The notes beneath the pieces are model-generated. The model did not search any database, was not told the origin of the DNA, and saw only the letters and a list, made by a program, of their open reading frames with translations. The translations under genes and the position numbers were made by a program. Positions 52,009 through 64,000 of a stretch of DNA of 64,000 nt are shown here, in pieces (position 1 is the first letter of the stretch; the number at the start of each line of letters is the position of its first letter). The stretch comes from Antedon mediterranea (taxonomy: Eukaryota; Animalia; Echinodermata). The stretch lies in assembly GCF_964355755.1 (NCBI RefSeq), contig NC_092673.1, positions 29,385,648 to 29,449,647 on the forward strand. Reading direction: 5' to 3'.

Positions 52009-52476
52009 CTGAAAATGACAATGCTGTGGGTCAGTGGCTGGATCGCAATGGAGATACAAAGTAAAATAGCACTAAAAAAATGACAATTCTGTGGATATCA
52101 AATTTCCATTATTATAATTATTATTTATCAGTGGATGGATATCAATGGTGATACAAAATAAAATAAGCACTGAACAATGCTGTGGGTATCAGTGGCTGGA
52201 TCTCAATGGAGATACAAAATAAAATAGCACTGAAAAATGTCAATGCTGTGGCTATCAGTGGCTGGATCTCAATGGAGATACAAATAAAATAAGCACTGGA
52301 AATGACAATGCTGTGGGTATCAGTGGCTGGATCTCATTGGAGATACAAAATAAAATAGCACTGGAAAATGTCAATGCTGTGGGTATCAGTAAGCAAAAAG
52401 CTAAATAAAACGATAAAGTTAAACAGCCAGAAAAATTAGCAGAGCTTTCGGGCAACACTAGCCCTTCATCAAGTGA
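52009..52476 (-). mobile_element. Second Penelope/retrozyme-like repeat (about 66-bp unit, about 6 copies, plus hammerhead motif)
   Basis: Same unit and terminal segment as 14461-14790. Confidence 0.6.
52436..52476 (-). ncRNA. Minimal hammerhead ribozyme motif (extra U in the core)
   Basis: Minus strand reads CA CUUGAUGA A GGGC UAGUGUU GCCC GAAA GC UC UGC; stem II is intact. Confidence 0.55.
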
Positions 52477-54837
52477 TATTTAGTAGAGAGTATTAAGCAG
52501 ACAAGCGCTACCGTACCGTACTTTTATTTTATTGCAAAATGTAGTAACTATTTCTTCTGAGAGACTCACGACACATTAAAAATTAAAAACAACACAAGCC
52601 TAATAAAAGCATGCTCCAATTTCTTTTTAACGGACACTCAACGTTCATTTTACAGGTGCATTTTAATTAAAGATTTCGTTATCTTTCTACTTTTCCTAAG
52701 TGAACTTTAATATAGTATTCAAATCTACTGTGAGTAAAAGGTTATATCTGGTCAAACACATTATTGTCATAGTTTGCATCGTAACTAATACATAATTCTT
52801 TTTTCTACAGCTCACTATGTCATTCGGTTGGTCGGTCGGTCGGTAAACACTAACTTGAGCACGCGACTGCAGCCATGTATATGGCCTTGTCCATAATGAT
52901 TAGGTATTTTTTAGTGCGTTAGGCTATACCCTGTATTGGCCGGTTGTGTATCTTAATTGCTGGTAAACGGATGGGCTTTTGGATAATGATCTTCAATGGT
53001 TAGAGAGACGAACAGAATCATTCACGTACAATGATATGAATCGCGTTAAATTCCCCGCATGAGTCCGGTTTCGCACCAGTCCCTGTTTGAACTGACTTCG
53101 TCGTAGTCAAAATAAATGACTACGCCTATTTCTATAGCTCGGGGTTAAATTGGTTAAGCCATGGACCTTATAATTACATTGTTAAGTCATTCATAGAGAT
53201 AGTTATCTCTATATTTAGCATGAAGAAGAACAGAGTTTCCATTAAGGAATTTCGTAGTATTGCGATGCCATAAAACATTGTGTTAACTAAATACCCTAGC
53301 TTATAAAACGTATTGTGTATATATAGTTTGTACAACAGTTATTCAGTTATTTGACAATATAATCCCCATTATTGTAAAAAAAAATGTAATGCTAGGCCAA
53401 ATATTACTGCAGTGACGATGTACGGTGCAAAGAAAGTAGGCCTATAATAGAGAAGCATAGTTGATCTTCAAATTTGATATGAGGCTGACATTTAAGGAAG
53501 GGTTAGTTTATGTTTATGTAACATGATGTAGTGTGTCAAACTGTCAGTAAAAGTATTGAAAATGTAAATCTTATGTTTTTCATATTAAATTTATGAATGT
53601 TATATCTTTTTGCCAAATTTGGGCTTGCTGAGCTTGTTGGTATTATTAGCAATTACCCTCATTTGACGAATTTTGTTTGCTGTTTTGTAGACCATCCAAT
53701 TTAACGTACCTTCATGGATTTAGAGTAACACTTTGATATACCTGCAATCGATCACCTGTATCGCTATGGTTACGATAATTAGGGCCTGTCAATAATTAGT
53801 TAATTCAAACTGGGTCATCAGTCAATTGTGTCTATTGATATCCGTTTTTTCTCCAATTTTTAACAATATTGATAGACATTCAGTACATTTTCTGTCCTCA
53901 TCATCAAGAAGTGTACCAGGTCCGTTTTTTTGTGAGATTTAATGTTACAAATGTGACCTCTACACTATAAAACATTCATTAGAAAATGATCAGGTAGATG
54001 GTTCGAATCTGTTTCGAAGTCGTTTGTTGTGGAGAAATAGAAGCTTACAAATTTAGGCTAATAAAGTTTATAACACAGGAGATGTTTACAAACAAAAATG
54101 TTTAGTATTTACTTTGTTTAATGGTGGCTAATTTTAAATTTTTCTTCTAAAATATACTCAAATTAATTTATACACTGCTTCTGTTCGTTTCACAAATCCA
54201 CCTCCCAGATTTAAATGCAAAAAGATAGGATTGGCCTCCAAAAGTATTAAGATTTATAAAACTAAACTTTGAATAGATTAAAGTTTTTCACTCCCGTGAC
54301 TATTTTGTGCTTTAGATTACATTTGTTTAGGTAGGCCTAATTAATGGGTTTACAAATCCTGGATCCGCTACTGGTACTCGCCCTTCCTTTGTGTACGCAC
54401 ATTCAAGGATGAGGTAGACAGGTTTTTCAAAACCACTCATAGAGAAAGTGAACCAGTCTTTTATGCTTATTCAAGAAACCGTTGTTTAATGAAGCAAACT
54501 ATTTCTTTTTCTAGATTTACTTACTGCCTCTATGCACCAATTGTTATGAAGATTTGAAGTGAAATGAAATGCACGGGAATTTATAAGTATAGTCGTGATT
54601 TGACATTCAAAGGTACGCTGCCTCTCAAATGGTTAAGACGGTTTTAACCGTGATTCACAGGAATATAATTATTTAATTTGACAGCAAGTTAAATAACAGC
54701 AACACCTTTTAGACGCGTACTTCAAACAAATCATTTCTTTTCCATCAACTTTTTCAGGAAATGAACAACAATTTATGGGAAACTGATAACTGAAAAGTGG
54801 AATATTCTGGTGGAATTTTACATTTATAAAGTGCGAC

Positions 54838-54925
54838 ATGAAGTCGCTGATATCATCATGCTTTTTTAATGGATTTAGACCTACGACCATTGTGTTGGTT
54901 TTCGCCATTATTGCTATTAAAAGTG
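54838..54925 (+). CDS. Candidate signal-peptide first coding exon of a gene extending to the right
   Basis: MKSLISSCFFNGFRPTTIVLVFAIIAIKS followed by a phase-1 consensus donor G|GTAAGT, with an in-frame stop upstream. No downstream exon was identified. Confidence 0.3.
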
Positions 54926-55224
54926 GTAAGTATGTACAGTTGTTAAATTACGCAATAGCAGACAGCGCTTAATATTTGGAACCAGGCTTTAACTTAAAGA
55001 TGTATTGTCCTCAAAAAACATAAAAAATGAAGATTAATAAAAAAAAAAGAGAGACTATAGGCCATATCACAGTTTTAATAAATGTAATCACTTCTGTAGA
55101 AAGAAAACTAATACAAAAAAAATGTTTTAACAAAAATGGTTAAATTCACAAATAATTATCATTGATTTATTTTTTGCATTAAAGAAATCGATACGGACTT
55201 TACTTCCAATCAGGTTGTAAGTTA

Positions 55225-55427
55225 AGCCTGTTTTCCTGTCCACGTTATTCGACGCTATCGTCAATATTATCGTCAATAATCGGTGATCTTCTACGTAAAC
55301 ATTGAAATGTTAACGATTTACAGGAAAAGGTACTCGCTATCGTTATCATTTTAACTTGATCGTTTTCAAACGATCGTCGTTGAACTGTTGACGATAGCGT
55401 CGAATAACGTCGACAGGAAAACAGGCT
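55225..55427. mobile_element. MITE family C (PIF/Harbinger-like)
   Basis: TIR AGCCTGTTTTCCTGTCGACGTTATTCGACGCTATCG. Other copies at 59236-59594 (containing a B element) and 60934-61122 (inside a B element), both with TTA TSDs. Confidence 0.88.
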
Positions 55428-56267
55428 TAACTTACAACCTGATTTGAAGTAAAGTCCGTAGCGATTTCTTTAATTAAAAAAATAGATCAATGATATTGTG
55501 CTCAAAATACTCTTGAAAATAAATGGAGACAAATAGATAACAATTTTAAAAAAATACAAAAGAAGAACATGTTTCTGAATATTGTATTAGTGTAACGTTT
55601 TTCAATGTCTTGGCCAAAACAATTCTTTACAATTTGAAGCAAAAAACTTCCAATATAAGTTTAGTTAAACGTTTAAAACGATCAATAAAAATGACAAATA
55701 ACATTTGTATAAATAATTTCTTTCACATTAGCCCATTAATTTTTGCTAAGTCTAAATTTCTAATCGGAAGAAGTAAGTTCCAAAACACTGTATACATAAG
55801 TTTTGTATAGCTGAGCCTATAAATCATAAATACTTGTGAAATATACTTAGGCCTATTGAATTTCAAGAAATACAGTACACTTGTTTTATTTTATTTTTTC
55901 TGAAGATTCAATTAATCGTATTAACTAAAACAGGTATACAATGGGATTGTTCCATTCACACATTAAACAATATCATATCAAGCCATTCAATAACTGTTTC
56001 GTCAAGTATCAGCCAAGAAATATAGTATTGAATTTTTATCAAAGCTTCTGAAGACTTTTACGTTTCAGTAATATTTATGCTTATTTGTCTGTTGCATAAC
56101 TGGTAGTAGAAGAGTTTTCATATTACCAATATATACAGTGGAGCAGTTTAAAATGTAATCATAATTTAATCATTATTGCTTAGTTGGTTAATTTATTTTG
56201 CTGGCCCAAACTTTGATTAATGTGAGCAGCCTTACATGTCTGCTTATCATAAGTTGCACGCGTACAT

Positions 56268-57304
56268 GCCAATTTACACAGGCGAGCGGTAACGGTAATA
56301 CGTTATTCCTTATGACCATTTACACACAAAGCGGAGCGGACGGACGGTTTCCATTCAGAATAAATACAGATTCCAGGGGCGGTCGCAGGACTATTTTAAG
56401 GGGGTTGCCCAAGAGTTTTCAGAGGGCCGTAGATACTGAGTATTTGCGAGGGAATTTTTGTTAAATGACACCCCTAGATAGGCGGAAATGGTACTCTCGC
56501 ACGTAAAATAGAAATGACACTCTATATCGGGCTACAGTAGCAAACAGATCGTATCACGGCTGTTTCTTCCGCCAATGTTTTATTTATTAATAATTAAAAT
56601 AATTTAGAAAAAAATGTGAAGCTGCTGATATAAATATATTGACCAAAACGTTAAATTGTATTATTTTGAAATAAATGCTAACTAAATCAGTAAAACCACA
56701 ATTTCCAAAAATTCATTTTCATTTATCCACTATAAACTGTACAACAACCATCGAAATTTGCAGAAAGAAGCAATTAAACACTATTTTTTCAAAGTTCGGA
56801 ACGTCCGTAATTGTTACGGAAATTCGTCCAATTATTACGAACGTAGGGAAATGAAGATAAATACGGAAATACTTAAATGATTGGGAATCCCCGGCAAAAT
56901 ACAATGATTATGAAGAAATCAAAGACCCATATGACGGTGTTTACTACGAACACAGTGTGTAGTGGCCTTTCGTACCTTCCTCACGCACACAAGCAATCCA
57001 AACAGTCAACAAACAACAAAAACGCTGACCGCCGGTAAATTATGCACGGGTATTGTTGATTGCTGGTTAATTTTACACTGCAGTCTGTTTACATAGGCTT
57101 ATAGTCTTTTCCAACCCTGGACTTCTATAACGTTAATAGTTTATGTATAATATGATGAAATGGGATCTAAATTTTAATTTAATGGCCGAAAAAACATTTA
57201 GTATGAAATTAAGAGTGTTGCCCGTGCGTCCGCCTCTAGATTCTACGTGGGACAAGCTACGCGGTTTTCCGTTTACCGTTACCGCTCGTCTGTGTAAATA
57301 GGCC
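56268..57304. mobile_element. MITE family E carrying an 865-bp nested TIR element (56374-57238)
   Basis: Outer TIR GCCAATTTACACAG.CGAGCGGTAACGGTAA. Inner TIR CAGGGGCGGTCGCA / TGCGTCCGCCTCTA with GATTC duplicated. The empty site TACAGATTCTACG is visible in the copy at about 31630. Confidence 0.82.
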
Positions 57305-57811
57305 GTACGGGTGTGCTAAGTACGTGATGATTCCATCATACAAATTGTGTTTCTTTATTTAAATACTGGGAAGGTTATTTAGTTAGTGGCACTATAAATA
57401 TTTGCCTCACCATTAACTCACTATAAAATAGAATGGGCAGTAATTAATACTGCACTATTTCGTTGATAAATGATTTCGTTGTTCTGTCGTTGAACCGAAA
57501 TCAGATTCGAGTTGAATTAATTATTAGTAGTAAGGACCTTATACAAAAAAAAAAATCGGACTTTACTGTACTCTACACAAAGAATTTCTTGCAACCCCAA
57601 AAAAAGTGTATTGTCTACGATAACTTGTTACTAGCTCACTACTAACAAAGGATAAAAAAAGCCAATTTATTTTTAGAATCTAAAAATTGATTACTGTATA
57701 TTGTCCTATTCAACAAAGGTCCCATTTGTCCTTCAAGAATAGAGGGATATACCAAGTCCACAAACGTGGAAACAATTCCAACAAAAATCTCATATACGAT
57801 TTATAGCCTTT

Positions 57812-58266
57812 ATTATTACCTCCGCCAAGGAGGTTATGTTTTCACCCCTGTATGTTTGTGTGTGTGTGTGTTTGTGTGTGTGTCTGTGAACAGCCTGGAG
57901 GCCACAGTTTTTATCCGATTCTCACCAAACTTAGCCACAATGATCAATGACTCATCATATAATTTTGGTTAAATTTTGAAGGGTCAGGGTTAAAGATCAA
58001 GGTCCACAAAAAAAAAAAAAATTAATAAAAAAAAAAAAAAACAACTCTCAGCGGGGCTTGAACCAGGGACCTTAACTGTGAGAGGCTGGATACATAACCA
58101 TTACACCAAACTCTCATCCACAACTTTGTAGTGTGCAGTTAGCCTATTTACACTTTAGAACTAATAAAAAAAATGTAAAAAAAAAACATTTTGGGGGGGG
58201 GGGGGATTTTATGTAGGGGAATTTTACAGTAGGCGGAGGTTTGTACTCTCGGAGTACCCTCTAGTT
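57812..58266 (+). mobile_element. Helentron-associated non-autonomous element (HINE/DINE-1-like)
   Basis: Sub-terminal inverted repeat ACCTCCGCC (57818-57826) / GGCGGAGGT (58232-58240), short 5' hairpin, (GT)n microsatellite, 3' hairpin GTACTCTCGGAGTAC, CTAG end and T-rich flanks. Confidence 0.75.
58051..58108 (-). pseudogene. tRNA-like (Val-CAC-like) fragment inside the HINE
   Basis: A-box TGGTGTAATGG, CT-CAC-AG loop, B-box GGTTCAAGCC and a downstream T-run; the acceptor stem does not pair. Confidence 0.6.
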
Positions 58267-58622
58267 TAAATATAATATGATAATTGTGTTTACTTAAACG
58301 TGAGAAAGGGAAAATAAATATGTTGTTTAGTTTTGGATCTAAAAATCGTTCTAGGTTCTAGGCCAGTTTGCCTCCTTCTTCTGCTCCTTCTCCTCATTTT
58401 TCAACATTTCGTGTATTTGTTTATTCAACATATTCTCCACACATTATAAACATATTAAAATTATAATGATATGAACAATTTCGATAACGAGTAAAAACAT
58501 TTATGTGTAGAAGGAAGCCTAAATAAGTTGTACTTACTAACTTTACGTCTAACCTCCTGAAATAAACGAAGTACTGTAACAATAGTTGGGCAGTAAAAGA
58601 GACAATTATTCCCTTCCTCTAA

Positions 58623-61156
58623 AGCTTGGTTCCCACTAGTGACTCAATCTACGCAACGTAATTCTCTTCCAATCATTGTGTTTGCCCCCGCCTGCGTGAA
58701 ATCAAACCTACGATGTTTGCAGCACTAATTGCGTCGTCGGTTCCTTCTTGTGATTACGCAATACAGCACTTTGCGTCGATACGTCGCTGCGTTACGTTAC
58801 GTTGCGTTCTAGTGGGAACCACGCTAAAGCTTGGTTCCCACTTGAACGTAACGCAAGGACGCAAACGCAACGCACGCGTTTTAACCAATATCAAGTGAAG
58901 TTATAGTGAGTTAGCAATCACAAGCGAATAAGCCATCGCTTGTGATTGGTCACTTGCGTTGCGTATCAAGTATCCTAAACTGAAAATTATTAACCACAAA
59001 TAACAAAAAAAAAAAGATGATATTAGAGTAACATTTTGTTTAAAGGTTTGCATGGCGAAATCAAACAAATGTTGATACACAGTTTGCGGTACACCACGGA
59101 TATAGTTCTGAAAGGAACTGTTTTTTTTCACTAATTCAACAGTTCTTTTCAGCACTAAATATACGTGATGTACCACAGGACTTTATATCAACAACAATAG
59201 TTACAATATTATTTCTTTCCTCTGTGGATTACTTAAGCCTGTTTTCCTGTCGACGTTATTCGACGCTATCGTTAACAATAATCGGCGATCTTCTACGTAA
59301 ACATTTAATTGTTAACGATTTACAGAAAAGGGCACTCGCTATCGTTATCATTTCAACTTGATCGTTTTCAAACGATCGTCGTTGAACTGTAAAGCGTGGT
59401 TCCCACTAGCGACGCAACACAAGGACGTAACGCAACGCAAGTGAATTGCTCAATCACAAGTAAATTGTCTATAACTTCGCTTGTCATTGGTTAAAACGCT
59501 TGCGTTGCGTTTACGTCCTTGCGTTACGTTCTAGTGGGAACCAAGCTTTAACGATCAACGACGATAGCGTCGAATAACGTCATGAAAACAGTGTTTAAAG
59601 TCAAGTACACTTTAAAATGATTAATTAAATCGAAAAAAATTAAATGTAAAGTATTGGTAGGTATATCCAGGGAAGATTTAAATTAATTTAACTCTTCCCT
59701 GGTATATCTGTGTTTTCGTTGGATGTTTTTTTTTTTCATCATGAAGGAAATACCACAGTGTAATGAAGCGTAAGGCGTGTGTATGGTTGGGTGCGTTTCA
59801 CGCATACGCCCACTATTCATAGGTCTCCGGGTTATTATTCTATATTATGAAAGGCCCGTAAAGCATAATATGCATTTTAAATAGGACCCCGCGGGCGAAT
59901 AATAAATTCGTACAAATCACGTACGTAGAACTATAATTCGTCAGGATAAATGATAAAACTAGTCACCTTTGAACGAATATTTGTACTATATAAACTTTTG
60001 TTTCGCAAATTCAATACATAAATAAAAGTTATACCACCATCCAATAATTCGGAAATTCCAGAAACTCAGATATCGGGGACGTCATTAAATTACATATTAA
60101 TATGTAGTATGAAATATATTTTAATTAACGATAATAAGTACAGCGTAATGTGAAGTCGCCGGAAACCACTGGAAATATACCCTTACTACTTAAGCTTGGT
60201 TTCCACTAGATACGCAACGTAACGCCACCTACGCAATGTAAGAAAATGCCCTTCCAATAATTGTGTTTGCCCCCGCCTGCGTAAAATCAAACCTGCGATG
60301 TTTTCAGCACTGTTGCGTTGTCGGTTCCCACTTTTGATTACGCAATACAGCATTTTGCGTCGATACGTACGTTGCTGCATTGCGTTCTAGTGGGAACCCC
60401 GCTTTAGGGCCTGGAGTAAGATACAATTCAATTCCGGTTTATTAAAAAAAAGTGGCATTGCAAAACAATCTGAATTTTCGCCAAATTTACATTCTGAAGC
60501 TTGGTTCCCACTAGCGACGCAACGTAACATAAGCAATGTAACAATCAAACCTGTGATTTTTGCAGCACTGTTGCGTCGTCGGTTCCCACTTGTGATTACG
60601 CAATACAGCCCTTTGCGTTGATACGTCACTGCGTTACGTTGCGTTGCGTTCTAGTGGGAACCACGCTTTATAATTAGAGGACGCAACGCGGCAATTAGGA
60701 CGTAAGCCCAATGCAAGTAATTTAACTAATCACGAAATGGATAATTCCAATTGTCGATGTGGCGTTGCTAATACGCGCATTGAACCTGAGCTGTTTGGCT
60801 ATGGTTTGCGCCGCCCAGGCGATTGGTTCCCCACTAGAGAGGCAACGCAATGACATAGACGCGAATTAACCAATCGCAAGCGACATTTCGGATTACCCAT
60901 CGCTTGTAATTGGTCAAGTCACTTACGTCCTTAAGCCCGTTTTCCTGTCGACGTTAGTCGATGCTATCGTTAACAATTATCGGCAATCTTCTACGTAAAC
61001 ATTGAAATGGAAAGGTAAAAGGTACTCGCTATCTTTATCATTTCAACTTTTCAAACGACGGTTGTTGAACTGTTAACGATCAACGACGATAGCGTCGAAT
61101 AACGTCGCCAGGAAAACAGGCTTTAATTGCGCTGTGTCCTAGTGGAAACCAAGCTT
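58623..61156. mobile_element. Dense field of B and C MITEs (B 58623-58825, 58828-58965, 59393-59547, 60193-60403, 60498-60667, about 60820-61156)
   Basis: TIRs and TWA flanks; B and C are nested in each other reciprocally. Confidence 0.88.
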
Positions 61157-61339
61157 TAACCAATTTGCCACGTTGAGTAGTATCATTTTTTGGTTTAATA
61201 TTTCTTACGCTTCCAACAGTGAGCAACTCGCCAATATTACAGGATGGATAAACTATTTTAATTGTACTGTATTATTATATATTATGAAGGAAATAAATAT
61301 TATTATAAAATTATGAAATGAAATTATCGTGGTTATAAA

Positions 61340-61460
61340 GAAAGTCTCATTTAGGCTTGGGAAGTGGAGTTGAAAGAGTTGTGACTTACAACCCTGGCAC
61401 TAGGTCAGGATTGAACCCTGAACCCTGGGATTGAAATACAGGCATGTTAACTATCATGCT
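61340..61460 (-). mobile_element. Degenerate tRNA-derived SINE fragment
   Basis: Minus-strand B-box-like GGGTTCAATCCT followed by a CORE-like AAGTCAC. Confidence 0.35.
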
Positions 61461-61643
61461 TATTATAATCATCATTATGTCATATCTGTTCTTATTCTTA
61501 ACATCAGGTTATAAAGTATACCTTTTTTTACGGATTTTAACTTTTGTACTAATATAATAATGTCGTACATTTTAAGCTGAAACTTCGAGCTATAGGCCTA
61601 GGCCTAGAGATTGTCTCTTAAGAATCTCCAAACGTTTTTGTCA

Positions 61644-62080
61644 AACAGTTAATAACTATCTATTATAGGCCCGGGGTGCAATATATTACGGACTGTCTAG
61701 AATATTAGGTACTCCCGTGACAGATTGCACCCCTATAATATAACAGTTAATAACTATCTATTATAGGGGGTGCAATATATTACGGACTGTCTAGAATATT
61801 AGGTACTCCCGTGACAGATTGTACCCCTATAATATAACGGTTAATAACTATCTAGTGGGTGCAATATATTACGGACTGTCTAGAATATTCGGTACCCCCG
61901 TGACAGATTGCATCCCCTATAATATAACAGTTAATAACTATATATTATAGGGGGTGCAATATATTACGGACTGTCTAGAATATTAGGTACCCCCGTGACA
62001 GGTTGCACCCTCTGTATTATAACAGTTAATAACTATAATATTATTGGGGGTGCAATATATTACGGGCTGTCCTAGAATAT
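61644..62080. repeat. About 94-bp tandem repeat, about 4.6 units, with internal hairpin
   Basis: Unit AACAGTTAATAACTATCTATTATAGGGGGTGCAAT...ATTGCACCCCTATAATAT; the last unit is cut by the LINE poly-A tail. Confidence 0.92.
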
Positions 62081-64000
62081 TTTTTTTTTTTTTATATGTG
62101 AACTTTATTCAATCAATCGTACATTTGTTATAATGGTAACCACAATAAGGTATAATATTACAGTAGATTTTTACAAACAAAAAAAACAAGACCAATATAA
62201 ATATAAATTATAAAATATATACAATGATTATTTACAGTAATGATAAAAATAAAAATTAATTGTTTACATTGACTATTATTGGAAACAGAAGTTGAATAAT
62301 AAAATACTGGAAAGTTTAGTTAGAGGTTTACAATCAATGGAAAAGATGAAAACATATAATATTGTAAGTATTAAAAGTAGCATTGTTTAGGGAGATTACT
62401 GTATATTGGCAACGGCCTACAGTTGAACATGGTTTTATGCAAAAGTTATATATTGATTGATTGAATCGGGCATCACTATAAGCAAAGCTTTAAAATGTGA
62501 TGTCCTATGTAAGAATTAAAAATTGGAAAAATTAAATAAATAAATAAATTACAATAAAAACAATAACAATTAGTAAATATATATGTAAACAATAGAGACA
62601 ATAAGCAATAATCATAAATGACAGTTGAATATAAATATATATATATATATTATTATACATGTAATAACAATTTCAAAAATATGACCAGAATAGATCATTC
62701 ATAGAAAAAAGAAAAAAAGAAATCGATAATGAAAAATATTTTGTTCATAATACGTTGTGATTTTAGGTATTAGAATATTTTTTGAGGAGATTAGTATGAA
62801 TTGTTTTTTTAAATAGTCCTACTCTTGATTTCTCTTACTGAGTTTTCAAGGCTATTCCATGTCTTGGCACCCCTATAGCATATACTTTGTTGTCCTATTT
62901 TGGTTCTTTTTAGTACAGTGGTATAGTTTTTTTTATTCCTGGTATCATAATTATGTGTTGATTCAATTGTTTGAAAGTAAGTGTCAAACGTAATTGGGAG
63001 CTGTTTATTATAAAATTGGAAGAGTAGTATTGCCATATGTTTTTCATAAAGATCGAATATATTTAATGTGTTGGTTTGTATAAATAGCGGTTGGGAAGGA
63101 TGTTGATAGTGGACTTTGCATATAATTCGTAGTGCTTTTTTCTAGAGGATGTGAAGTCGGTTTAATTTACTTGGTCCGAAAGAGCCCCATACTACTATTG
63201 CATACGTTAAATGGGGAAGGATTATAGATTTATAAATTTGCAATAGAGTCATATATGGTAAAAAATACTTTAATTTATTCAGAATTCCTATTATCTTTGA
63301 AACTTTGTTTGCAATGCCATCAATATGGGTACAGAAGGACAAAAATTTGTCTAAGGTAACTCCTAAGAATTTGATATGGGTTACCTCTTCGAGTGTGGTG
63401 TTATTTACGTATAGTTGCATGTCTGTGAAGTCGGTTAAATTCTGGCGCCCTCTAAAGATTATATATTTAGTTTTATTTGTATTAATTGAGAGTTTGTTAG
63501 CTCTAAACCAAGTGGTTAGTCGTTGTAATTCGCAGTTTAGTATATTACATGCAACTATGGGGTCATTATGTTTGAGGAATATGTTTGTATCGTCCGCGAA
63601 TATGATAAGTTCGACAACTTTGCTTACACAAAATATGTCATTTATAAATAACAAAAATAGCAATGGGCCAATGATAGATCCCTGTGGAACACCAACTTTT
63701 ACTTCTCTTTTTATTGATTTGTGTGCTTCAATAGTAACATACTGAGTTCTGTGGTTTAGGTAACTCCTGAACCAGTCTAACACAATACCACGTATGCCAT
63801 AGCATTCCATTTTATTGATTAGAATTCTATGATCGATCGTATCGAAAGCTTTCGACAGATCTAGGAAAACACCTATAATGAATGAGTTGTTATCAATTGC
63901 TGATGTTATTTTTTCTAGTGTGTGTAGTAGAGCATGTGCAGTTGAATGTTTTTGTCGGAATCCATATTGAGATTGATTTATTATGTTGTATTTATTAAGG
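62079..64000 (-). mobile_element. CR1/L2-group LINE (RT domain to poly-A tail), running off the right edge, with a premature stop
   Basis: LDLSKAFDTIDH, GVPQGSIIGPLLFLLFINDI, FADDT, KFLGV. An in-frame TAG at 63142-63144 separates ORFs 63142-63810 and 62809-63036. An AT-rich 3' UTR ends in a T-run at about 62079-62093. Confidence 0.93.

Noticed and set aside
58040-58116. Functional tRNA-Val gene
   Set aside because: The acceptor stem cannot pair, the T-stem is poor, and it lies inside a repeat.
58713-60629. Short mutually similar ORFs (also 16174, 18274, 33061, 6324)
   Set aside because: They are translations of non-coding MITE family B and contain no transposase motifs.

Overview
AT-rich animal genomic DNA with spliceosomal introns and many repeats; probably a marine invertebrate (echinoderm-like, an inference only). 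No prokaryotic system or CRISPR array is present. Splicing GT-AG exons by hand gave four well-supported genes. (1) A 12-exon minus-strand monoamine-oxidase-family flavoprotein (7574-24408) with several catalytic positions substituted. (2) A 14-exon minus-strand secreted protein of about 645 aa (26083-36289) that joins two ApoD-like lipocalin domains, through a 24-nt microexon, to a papilin-type Cys-rich repeat and two thyroglobulin type-1 domains. (3) An 8-exon STPG3-like PGP-repeat gene (38654-46481). (4) Head-to-head with it, an STYXL1/MK-STYX-like rhodanese plus dual-specificity phosphatase that keeps its catalytic Cys (48208-49206). There are two weaker partial gene candidates, at 1160-5890 and 54838-54925. 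The rest holds PIF/Harbinger-type MITEs (one family has about 30 copies or fragments, nests in itself and shows asymmetric TSDs), Kolobok-type MITEs, a Helentron-type element, a Deu/Nin-type SINE, CR1/L2-group LINE fragments, minisatellites, and two repeats ending in minimal hammerhead-ribozyme motifs. All gene models and family assignments come from reading the sequence; no database search was run.
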